Shown: piece by piece, positions 12,841-25,013 of the stretch | How positions within the stretch are numbered: the first letter of the stretch is position 1 | How the letters are laid out: each line of letters begins with the position of its first letter | NCBI RefSeq assembly: GCF_036321535.1 | Contig: NC_087437.1 | Span: 18,726,001-18,790,000 of the forward strand | Source: Camelus dromedarius | Lineage: Eukaryota | Length of the DNA: 64,000 nucleotides | Direction of reading: 5' to 3' | Program-made: the position numbers and the translations under genes | Notes under the pieces: model-generated | Databases searched by the model: none | The model's input: the letters and a program-made list of their open reading frames with translations, nothing else | What the model was told of the DNA's origin: nothing

Positions 12841-14994
12841 TTTTTTTAATTCCAAGAATAGGTTTAAGTCCTTAAGAAGGCATTGGTAAATTCACCAAAT
12901 GAATTGTACATGTGTATATATTATACACATACACGTCAAAAATATATATACAAACACCTATAAATGTATACACACACAATTCAACAAGTCAGCTTACCAC
13001 AATCTTATTAATGACCGTAACCTGCCCTTGCATACACATGAATAGTGGATTAAAACACAGGAATGAGAACACAGTTTTCCCCATTTCTCTCATTCTAAAG
13101 ACTATAGGTGTCAGAAAAGATGTATCTTTTTAAAAATGGTAATCAGTAACAGTTCTGGGATACAAGAGAAAGTGCCTAACATAGGAATCCTTTAATGATA
13201 GAAAGCATACAGGATCAGGGATCAGATCTGCTAAGACCCAAACAGTAGTGAGAAACACAGTTCCAGGGGGCTTTCCAGTTCAGAATCAAAGGGTACAAGG
13301 AGCAGAGGTGGCCGGGGGTATCATCAGGGGGATTATCAAAGGATCTGCAGGTGGAGCAGCTACTTTGGTCAGGCATATCCCTTCCTATGTTTGTGCTGAG
13401 CTGAAACAGCAATGGGATCAGCCCCAGACTGAGGTAAGAAGCATGGGGACTGAGCCTTAGGGAGCCACCCAATCTCAGAAGGTATGGAAATCTTCCCATA
13501 CAGAAGACCCCACTGTCAGCACCATCTACCCTAGTTACAGTGAAGAGACAAACCACCAGGGAGCCACAAGTATAAAAAGAGCTAAACTAAGAATCACCAA
13601 ATATTGAGAAAGACTCACATGAAGAAAGACAGACACCTAAAGAAGACTACTTTAAAAACAAGACTATTTAATCCCTCAGAGAGAACTAAGGTGACATTAA
13701 AGACATGAAAAAGGAATAAACAAAAATCTTTTAAAAGATAAACAAAATTTTAAAAAGAAACAAATTCTCAACTGACTAGTAATAAGGGAATACAAGTTAA
13801 AATAATGTGACACCATTTTTATGTTCACTAGATCAACATATTAAAAGGGTTGGCAGAAATGCAAAAAGATAGAAACTCTTCCACAGTGTCGGCAGAGTTG
13901 TAAATTTTAAGTCTTTTAGGGTATATAATTTGGCAGAATTCTGATTTCCTGGTGATGATTCTCAATCAGCCAGAGAAAGTCCAGTGAGACCAACTTCCTT
14001 ATGGTCAACTGTTGTCCCAGCTATTGTGAGAGTTACAAAGAGAGACATATCTCTTAAGGGTATGTCCTTACCATAATCTTATTAAGAACTGTAACCTGAC
14101 CTTGGCATATACATGAATAGTGGATTAAAACAGTGGAATGAGAACACAGTTCTCTTCATTTCTCTCATTCAAAAGACCATAAAGTGTCAGAGAAGATTAT
14201 CTTTTTAAAAGTTAAAAGGGACATACCTTTCACCTATAATTTTAAGGAATCCATCCTATATAATACATACATGTATAAAGATGTACAAAATATTCATTGC
14301 AGCACAGCTTTAGTGGAGAATAATTGGAAATAAGCAAAAAATCCATCAGCAGGGGTACATATATTTAATAATTAATGGCTACCAATAATTAATGACATGA
14401 AATGTTAACAAGGCTTTAAAAAGAATGGACCACTTCATACAGACATGCCAAGATCCATAAAATGCATTACATAAAAATATGAGAAACTTAATATATAAGG
14501 GTCTCACATATTTTAAAAAAAAAAGATATTTACATACAAAGGGATGTAAATGCATACACAGCATTAGGATTGGTAGCTACAAGCCAAACTGTTTATACAA
14601 TTATCTCTAGGGAGAAAGTTAAATGGAGGTTATTTTTAAAACTTTCATTTTTGGTTTCACACAATTTATTAATTATGGTATGTGCCCAATTAAAAAAAAA
14701 AGTCATCAAACCTGGGCAAGAATACTGCATCCTCAGTAAAGAGGGAACTCTCTTATTTAAGTAAGGTAGTAGATTGTAGTACAAATAATAAAAATTAATT
14801 TATGCTTCTGATGTTCAAGAAGGAATATTGAGACTATAAAGGGTAACTAAAAACAGGCATTAGAATGAAGACAGCCCTATTTACCTATTATCTCTTAAAC
14901 TTAAACTGTAATTATATGTTTCAGTAATTCCCTGATGAGCTAAGTGTATACTTGTAGTAAACTTATTTTGTTTCATTAAAGAAAACTACAACAA

Positions 14995-15510
14995 CTTAAA
15001 CGTCCATAGACAGATGACTGGATAAATAAGCTGTGATACATACACACACACCCAGGAATACTACTCAGCTACAAAAAAGAATAAAATAATGCCATATGCA
15101 GCATCATGGATGGACCTGGAGAAAGCCAAAAAGAGAAAGAAAAATACTGTATGATATAACTTATATGTGGAATCTAAAAAAAAAAAAAAAAAAAAAAAGA
15201 CACAAATGAACTTATTTACAAAACAGAAACAGACATAGAAAACAAACTTATAGTTACTGGGGGAAAGGGGGTTGGAAGTGATAAATCGGGAGTTCAAGAT
15301 TAGCAGATACTAACTACTATATATAAAATAGATAAACAAGTTTCTACTGTATAGCACAGGGAACTATATTCAGTATCTTATAGTAATCTATAATAAACAA
15401 GAATATGAAAATGAATATATGTGTGTATATGTATGACTAAAACATTATGTTGTACACTAGAAATTGGCACATTGTAAACTGACTATACTTCAATTAAAAA
15501 AAAATTTACA
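14995..15510 (+). mobile_element. L1 3'-end fragment (artiodactyl/camelid-type)
   Basis: GACAGATGACTGGATAAA...GGAATACTACTCAGC...GACTATACTTCAATTAAAAAAAAAA. Confidence 0.8.
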
Positions 15511-15528
15511 AAAAAAAAGAGAGAACTA

Positions 15529-15749
15529 CAGATGACCCTTGAATAATGTAAGGATTAGGGATGCAGAGTCCCTGCACGTTGGAAAATCCACGTATAATTT
15601 TACAGTTGATTCTCTGTATTCAAGTTTCCGCATCCACGGATTCAATCAACCTGCAGGTCATGTAGTACTGTGGTATATATTCAGTAAAAAGAATCTGCAT
15701 GTAAGAGGACTCATGCTGTTCAAACCTGTGTTGTTCAAAGGGTCAACTG
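15529..15749. mobile_element. TcMar-Tigger MITE (MER8/Tigger2-like)
   Basis: TIRs CAGATGACCCTTGAATAA / TTGTTCAAAGGGTCAACTG with TA target duplications. A related degenerate copy lies at about 6360-6532. Confidence 0.75.
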
Positions 15750-16860
15750 TACTCTTGAAGTATTTGTAGTGGCAAATAACTTGCACTGCAGGGCTATGGA
15801 AATTTTTGAGAACTCTAACAGTAAAACAGAAGACAGCCTGGGCCAGATGTTTCTCCAACTAACCAACATTAAATAGTGCTTTCATTCTGTGCAAATAACA
15901 AAAGCATATACATTATTTCCATTTGCCTTCTGGCTTCTATATAATTACCATTCTGTACAAAACAGCTTTACTGAAGACACCTGAAAATTATACACTGATG
16001 ACTTGAAAAGAGAATATCAGATTGGTACTCAGCAGAGTCTTACACTGAAAGTCAAAAATTAAATTAAAAATAAAATGGTATAAATATTATATATATTGTA
16101 AACTAAAAATAATCTATTTTGTAGTCTTTGGGCAGAAACAATGGGAAAAGCATGTGTGGCAGAGACTGCTATTTGTCTCTCAATATGCATTCTCCTCTTC
16201 TTTATTACAATCTTAACAATCTCTTACTCCTAGCCAAGTACATGACTGCCCAGCTAAAGACTACACTTCCCAGCCACACTTGTAGTTAAGTATGGCCGTG
16301 TGACTAAGGTATGGCTAATGAGATGTGAGCAGAGAAATAAAGTACATACTAATGACATCCTCAGGAAGAACAGGTGTGGCCTCTAGTCTTGCTTTCCTGT
16401 TCCTGTGAGCCAGAAGGCAGTAATGTAGGAAGATGAAGCCCATGTTTTCAGAGACAGAAACTGCATGTTAAAAAGGCAGAGCACCAAGATGGAAAAACCT
16501 GGGTACCTAGCAATGCAAAAACATTGCTTGACTGTATCTGCTCTGCTGCATCAAGGAAATAAAGAAAATTACAGCTTCCTCATTCAATTGAATAATATTA
16601 ACAGAGATGGTATTGTTAATCTGTTATAGACTAGCTGCTGAACCTGTGTTTGTATCAGAAAGTGGCTTACCATTGAACACAAATCAAATACAAACAGCCG
16701 CCACTGAACAAAACATTAGTATGTACATACTCACACACTCAGACTGTTCTTGCATGAGTATGGTCTTCTGTAAGTTCATTACCATAAATAAGATGAAGAT
16801 AACTAATCATGAGCAAACTTTGTAACAAGGAAGGACCATTTTTAAAATCTTGATACTTAC

Positions 16861-16911
16861 TGACACATTAGCACTATCATTGCTTGCAATCTCAGCTGCC
16901 TTTTCAATAAT
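16861..16911 (-). CDS. PIK3CB: PIK3CB coding exon 10 (C2-helical linker); not in the ORF track
   Basis: IIEKAAEIASNDSANVS. TTTAAACAG acceptor, GTAAGT donor, 51 nt. Confidence 0.94.
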
Positions 16912-19207
16912 CTGTTTAAAAAAATTAAACAAATTAAAATTTAGCTCTTGTATTTATAAAATTGTAAGTGTAAATTACTATACTTGTACACAGATTATAA
17001 GGAGCTATAAATAATCTGGCATTTCTATGGTTTATAATGTAAGCATGACTTTTAAATGCAAAACGGTATCATGCAGTGATTTCCAATCTTCAAACTCTTC
17101 ACAACCAGGAAACAATGGTATTTCTGTAAAGGACTGTGACTCCCACGGTACAACAGGATTGTCCGTAAACAAAATAAGTAGTGCCTTTTGTATGTGAAAA
17201 AAATCTTAAATACAGGTAAATGTTTTCTGATTAAGAAAATGCAACGTTAAAAGAGTTGCTAAACACAGAGTAAGTTTTTGTCATTTGTCATTAGGTTTTC
17301 TTTTGAATTAACATATATCAAAAGTAGAAGTAATGTCAAGAGAGAATCTAAAATATTTTTTAAATTAAGTTCAAAAGAGGCTCTGATTCTTGAAAAAATG
17401 GGGAACCCACTAGTCTAGTGGGAAGGGTTAGCAGGTAAAAAATTTGAAGATCCATATCCAGTTACTAAGTTAAATAATTCTACATGATTAAGTTAACTGT
17501 ATCCAGATGTGTAAAATGCACTGATAATTCCCATCCTATTTCATAAGGTTGCTCTAATGATAAAATTAGATTACAGTTATTAAAATTAAGCAATAACCAT
17601 AAAAGTGATTTGAAAAGCAAAATGTATACAACTCAGTACAGCAAAAAACATCAAATAAAAATACAAGGAACTTTCACTTTTTACGTCCGAATTATGTGTT
17701 TTTTATATCCGAATTATGTGTTTTTTATAGTGAGCATATATAAAATTGTACAAGTAAATGAAAACCAATAAATACAAATATGTATATACATATTTAAAAA
17801 CTAAAATCTCCATCCCACATAGATCTTCAAAGACAGACTCTCCAAGGGATCAGAAAGGCAAAAGGAAAGTTAATTATCAGTTGTAAGCAATTTAAGCAAT
17901 GTTGAAATAGAACATTTTAAAGAAACTAGACTTCTCTTGAAATATTAATTAAAAATATTTAAATTTGCACAATATGTTATATTTGCAAAAATGCTTCAAA
18001 AAGCAACTTCACTGACCCAAAAGAAACTATAAATGACCCCTGAACACATACCATAATTGAACAAAAAACAGTCAGAGTTCAGACTATTAAGCATATCACA
18101 AGTAGCTATAGCTTATGGATAAATTCCTATTCTATGGAATAAAGCCACAGCATAAATGTAATGGATGCTTCAAAATGTATCTTCTTCTACTCAGTGTATA
18201 CCAAGGTATATGGTTCTTGACGTATTTGAGATTTCTACTGTAATAATCGCACATTTTAACTTGATTGTATATTACTGATCAGAAAAACATTTTAGAAGAA
18301 AATGAAATGAAAAATTACTTCTTAGGTGGATAAAATTCAATTAAAATGAAAGTAAAGGAAGAAACTTTTGAGTTATATATATGTATTTATCTTACATACT
18401 ACTTTTAAAACCTACTCTATACAGGTCTGACAGTGCTGAACATTAAAATATGATTAAGTATATAGGTGGATTAACTGCAATTTTAGTATAATATCAATTT
18501 TTAAAGGTAGCTTATTCTCAAATGGATTAAATAAATAAAAGAAACTTGCTTATTGTCTGAGACTTTACTCAAAGATTTCCTCACAAAAATCAGTATCAAT
18601 CATACCTGAAAGAAAGATGCCAAATCTGACAATAAAACATGACAGCTCAGCTCTTACCATGCAAATTATCACAATCCAACTGTCAGTCGCTACCAGACAC
18701 ACTCCTTATCCTCAAGACAAGAAGCTTGTATACTCAAGAAATATGTTTAGAAATAGTAGCCCTTGCAACAGATTCTACAAAAAAATAGCACCTTAAGGAG
18801 TCTTACTAATAATAGTCTTCAACGTAAATCATCTTTTCTTTGAATACCAACTCCAACACAGTAGTGATTGTCTTTAATCTGAACCAACCTTTCACTATAC
18901 ATTTCACATGTTTAGAATTACATATGAATGCATGATTAAACTGAAAAGGACCTCACAGAATAACTGAATTCCCCATTTTACAAATGAAGAATCTAAACTT
19001 CAGAAATGCCTTGTCTCACCTGGTCAGTGATAAAGTCAGTACTAAATAGAGTTGGCTCCCTGCTCAGTGGTCCTTCTACTGTACAAAGCTGTAAATGTAT
19101 ATGATATTTTGAAAGAGAAATAGACATACAGAGCTTAAACTATGAACATAAAGAGCCAAGAACTAATAATTCAATTATTTCATACATAGTGGCCCTTTAA
19201 ATAATTA

Positions 19208-19390
<183 letters not shown>

Positions 19391-21717
19391 CTAAAGAAAA
19401 ACTTAAATGGATTTCAACCATGAAAATTACTTAAAAAGTGTGCCAGGAAGTCTGGCAGACAACTGTATCAGTAAGCCTCTAATTTTCTTAATGCTTGTCA
19501 CAAAATTTGAATGTGAGTTTATATACATCTTTAAAATGAAAAAGTTAACAAAGATTAGTAACTACCTCACCTTTTTCTTCAAATTTAGCTAAGTATTCTC
19601 AATCTTTGAAAAAAAAAATTGGAATAGCTCTCTTTCCATCAAAATTAGGTGGTCCATAGGAATTTATATTATTTCATCACTACATATCAATTTATTAATC
19701 ACATGTGTTTTGATTTCATGGTCATCACAGTACCCAAACCGGTATTTCGAGAGTCATCAATGACATTCCTTTTGACAAACCTAACTTTGTTAATGTTCCT
19801 CTATTATCTCATAACTGCTAATATATTTAAACACCATCTATGGTAGTTTCTGAAACATTCCATCTAAGTAGTATTTCTTTAACCTCACCAACTGCTACTT
19901 TCTTCAAGATATTCCTTCTCTACCATCTTAAATATGGTCTACTCACAGAATGATGCATGGAATCTTAGAATTTCAATGTTTTCTTAAACCCTGAGTTCAT
20001 ATAACTTTCTTATTTCACAGATATGCAAACCGTGAAGAGACATTAAACACAGGATGAGAGAACAGAGTTACCAGCACAACCTAAAGTTTCCCCTCTCCAA
20101 ACTAATTTCTCTTTTCTTATAACTGATTTTTAGCACAGTTGTTCTTTTATATTTCCATTCTGTCCAGGCCTAATATCCAGATAGTGTGCACACTCAGAAT
20201 TATCTCCCAAAGCTAGAAAGTCTTTACAAAGTATTTATAGGTTTCAGTTTCTTAATCAATCGTTTGCTTATCTTTTAATACTCTCAAATCTCACAGATTC
20301 CATTTTCACCTGGACTGAAGCAATTCTTACAATTTATGCACTTCTAAAGTTGATTTCTCAGTAAATTACAATCCTACACTTGTGCTGTCTAGAATCATTA
20401 TACTTAATGTCCTATCAAATGCAACCAATGAATATGATTACATACCTTCTAACAATGACTAGGAACTCTAGATACTAGGGTATTTGTAGTTCCTTTGTGT
20501 CTGGCTTGCTCCTACTCAGATAAATGATAATTCTAGAGCTGAAACATGCAGAACAAGTATCTCCAACATTTTGTTAGAGATAAATGCAGGTCCATGGTAT
20601 GCCAAGTGAATTGCCAAAAATCGTCAATTTTTCTAAAAATATCAGTCAAGTTGCTTGGTGATTCTGGAGAACATGTGTGAGTCTAAATTAAGATTTTCAA
20701 AAAACTATACTGCTGAAATGAATAATTTTCACTCTATAGTTTCTTTCTTAGGAACTACATTTCTTAAGAGGAACTATAGTTATAGTGTGAACTATAGTTC
20801 CTCTTAAGAAATGTATACATGCACACTGCTCCCCTATATTTGGGAAACAATGTGACAGCGAAAAGTATTGAAGATACATGCAGGAAAAGGCAGGAGTAAG
20901 AGAATGTATACAAATAAAACATTAGGATGTGAGCAGTTTATAAATATGTCTGATTATCCAAAAACAATTTCTCAGGTAGCAACTACTAATGTAGAACATT
21001 TTTAAATGTTTGTCACCCACAAAATAATTTTTAAATGCAAGTAAGTTCACAATTTTACTAAATATATTAACCAAGCATAAAGACAGAAGAAAAAAAGAAA
21101 AAAACACCCACGATTCTAATGCAAAGAAAACACTAAAAATTCCCAACATTTGGGAAAGCAGCATGCAAGGAACAATGGAAAGAGTTGAGCATTATTTCGT
21201 ACAAATCCTAGGTTTGAATTATTATGTAAGACTGGGTGACTTCTTATCTGAGCTTCACTTTTCTCATCTGTTCAATGGGATAGAGCCATCTACCTCATGG
21301 GGGACAAAAAGTAATTTGAGAAATACAGGGGTATGGAAGGTGCTCCTCTTTTACCTCAAATTTCAAGCTAAAGCCAACTAAAGAATAAGTGTTTCTACTA
21401 TTCTTCCCTTGTTAGTTAATATTCCCTCTCCTAGTGCAGAAGTAGAAATACAGTACAACTAGCAGCAGTAAGAGGTTGTTATATAGAAGAAATTGTTTCT
21501 TAGGAGAATTCCTCAAAAACCTATAAAAAGAAAACATTTAAAGCAGGAAAATATTCATCAAAATAAACATATTAAGATACAAATCACTTTTTGAATATAT
21601 TAAAAATAACCTTTGGAAATCTGTTGTAGAATAAAAAATAAAAATATGAAATGATGGTTTCTTTACTGGACTGAAAAAAACAGTGAGTCATAAATGTAGT
21701 CCACATGCCAGAAATTA

Positions 21718-21924
<207 letters not shown>

Positions 21925-22599
21925 TCAATAATGCTGGGTCTAGAAATTTCTAGAGTTCTAAATGATTTCCCCAAAAACTTATGCAATATAAAAACAAGAT
22001 GTACATGGAAAAATGTTCAACACCTTTATAATAGCTAAAGGAAATCCTAAAAGCCAATTAATGTCTCATAACAAAACAGAGTATCCAAAAAGCAGAATAT
22101 TTATTGTACAGCCATTGCAAATGATGAGAAATTTTTAATGATTCAAGAAAATATGTGTGATATAATACCAGGTTATATGTTTTAAGAGCTTCCAACCTAT
22201 ATAAATCTTAGGAGAAGGCAATGTCTCTAGGTATTGTAGAATTTATATTTCTAAAAAGGAAGCACCAAGCTGATAGGACTTTTATTTGGACACATAGACT
22301 AGTTAATTTGGTCACAGTATATCAAAAAACTATAAATATTTGAACTTTTTGAGTAAAATTCTAACCAATGACAGAAAAAGCACTCAGAAAGTAACTCTTC
22401 TGTGACTTCCTAGACAATAAAATTCATTTTAAAAAACTATATGATAATAACATTCTCACGTTAATAGATTCAAATTCATGTAGATAAATACAGTAACCAG
22501 TCCTTTTAATGTATAAATTTCATGTCCTCATTCTAAAAAACTTTTCATAAAGAAGGAAATGTTATTACTATTCCATTATAAAAAATTTTTCAGAAGTTA

Positions 22600-22980
<381 letters not shown>

Positions 22981-23438
22981 CTATTTGTCCACAGAACCAT
23001 CAGACTATAATTAATCAGCATATACTTCACTAAACTGTTCATTTAACCTGTTTTTCATTTACTAAGTAGACCAGCTGAAAAATGCCAGAGGTCTCATTGG
23101 TATAAATGGGTCTAAAGAGGCCAAAACCGTAAGTGTAAAAACTACTATCATATGCTTACTTCCACTCACTTCATTTACTTGGGGCTTTGTTTTAGTCTTC
23201 TATATAGTTGGGAAAGGGTGGATAAAATGTGTCCAAGTCTCTTTCTACGTCCAAATAATTTATGAACTGGTCTTTATAAAAGTCAACTTAAAGATAGTCT
23301 ATCCATATTTATAATTATCCTACATATCACTGTCTTTCATTTTTTCTAGAGACTCAGGTCCAGAGTGATACAGAACATATGTAAAATGTCCCAGAAAGTT
23401 TTACTCAGTTATTTAGTTATTTAAAAAAAACATGACAA

Positions 23439-23580
23439 GGGGAGGGTACAGCTCAGTGGCAGAATGAATGCTTAGCATACATGAGGTCCTGGGTTTAATC
23501 CTTAGTACCACCACTTAAAAAATAAATAAATAAACCTGATTACCTACCCCACCAAAAAAAAAATAATAATAATAAAAAAT
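23439..23580 (+). mobile_element. tRNA-Ala-derived SINE (Vic-1-like), copy 2
   Basis: Same head (GGGGAGGGTACAGCTCAGTGGCAG...GAGGTCCTGGGTTTAATCC), AATAAATAAACCTGATTACC tail, degenerate ATGACA TSD. Confidence 0.85.
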
Positions 23581-24890
23581 AAATGACATGATTATCTCCA
23601 ATTTAAAAGTGAGTGGTAAAAGTAGAATTAAAAACAGTACCAAAACACTGAAACTGACTCAGTGAAACCCTTTAAGGCCAAACTTTTTTATCGATTAATT
23701 CGGATGTGACATTAGCACACAGCAGTACTCAATAAATATTTACTGAATAAATAAATACAAATGTGGAATTACTTAGGTTTGTCTTTCTTTAATTAAAAAA
23801 AAGCTTATCAATAAAAATTTTGACTTTTTTAAAGAGTTACTACCCTAATTCTGAAAAGGAAGGTAATTACTGAAGAACATCTAGATACTAAAACATATTT
23901 TATAGTAATATGAAATTTTAAATGTTGATAATACTATTAACTTTTTACATTATTATAAGTATTTATAGTATTACATCTATGGGTTTAAAACCTAGAAAAT
24001 AATTCAAATGATGCTCTGATGGCATAAATAAAATTATAGGTTAGGAGACTATACACTTCACAGTGTGACAGGGAAAGAATGGCTTACTTTAACAAATAGT
24101 ACTCATTTATCTAACTCCCACAAAATAAACAGATGGATTAAGGGGTTAAATATTTTTAAATCACTAAAAAACTAATTTAAAAGAAAAATTACTAAAAAGC
24201 TATCTATCAAAATAATCACTGAAGTTGGTGATGGGTTCATGGAAGTCGATTATACCATTCTCTCTACTTTCACCTAAGTTTGAAATTTTCCTTTAAAAAC
24301 ATTTTTAAGTTAAAAGAAGAAAATTGATTATTTACACCAAATACAGATAGACTATTGTAACACAGAAAAGATTAAAGCATAGGAATTACAAAGAATTACT
24401 AAAACACTTTCAATAAACTCCCAGGCCAGCAGGAACTTTTATCTGGTTCCCTTCAGCTTCACAAGGAAAGGGGTATTCGTTCTTCAAAGCTCCCGGTTCC
24501 ATCTTGCTCCAACTGCCCAAGTACTTAGACCTTCCTCCTTTGCTCCTCTGCGTTGGGAAATAATCCTCCTCCCCAGTAGGCAACAAACCTATACAAGTCT
24601 CTCTCATATCAACCTCAAAAAAAATTGTCCCTAGAACCTAACTAATCCTAATGAGAATGGCACCAACATCTACTTAGACACTGTATGTCTCTTATTTTCA
24701 ACCCATCATGAAGCCTATACTGTATACTAAGGGAATATAATTTATTACACACTTTTAGATGAAAAATGAAATACTATATATACTCGTTAAAGTATATTCA
24801 TATCTTGACTGTGTGAAGAATACAAATAAAAGTAGTTTATAGTAGGACAGCAAGAATACTGGTGATTTGTCATTCTCTTATGTGATCTCA

Positions 24891-25013
24891 GCGGGAGAAT
24901 TCAGCTCAAGTGGCAGAGTGCATGCTTAGCATGCACAAGGTCCTGGGTTCAATCCCCAGTACCTCCTCTAAAAATAAATGAATAAATCTAATCCCCCTCA
25001 ACAAAAAAAGTAA
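24891..25013 (+). mobile_element. tRNA-Ala-derived SINE (Vic-1-like), copy 3
   Basis: AGCTCAAGTGGCAGAGTGCATGCTTAGCATGCACAAGGTCCTGGGTTCAATCCCCAGTACCTCC. Flanking TTA(T/A)GTGATCT repeats at 24878 and 25014. Confidence 0.87.

Noticed and set aside
12998..13021. 24-nt in-frame microexon (VTVINKIV) that would insert into the G-beta-gamma loop
   Set aside because: The CAG acceptor has no polypyrimidine tract (GTGTATGCAAGGGCAG). The longer ATG-containing exon model is more plausible.
13215..13556. 113-aa ORF and most other 60-110 aa ORFs in the track
   Set aside because: No recognisable homology, often non-ATG starts; consistent with chance or repeat-derived frames.
13949..14099. GTGATGA ... CTGA as a box C/D snoRNA
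   Set aside because: It is on the strand opposite the host gene, has no terminal stem and shows no recognisable rRNA guide.
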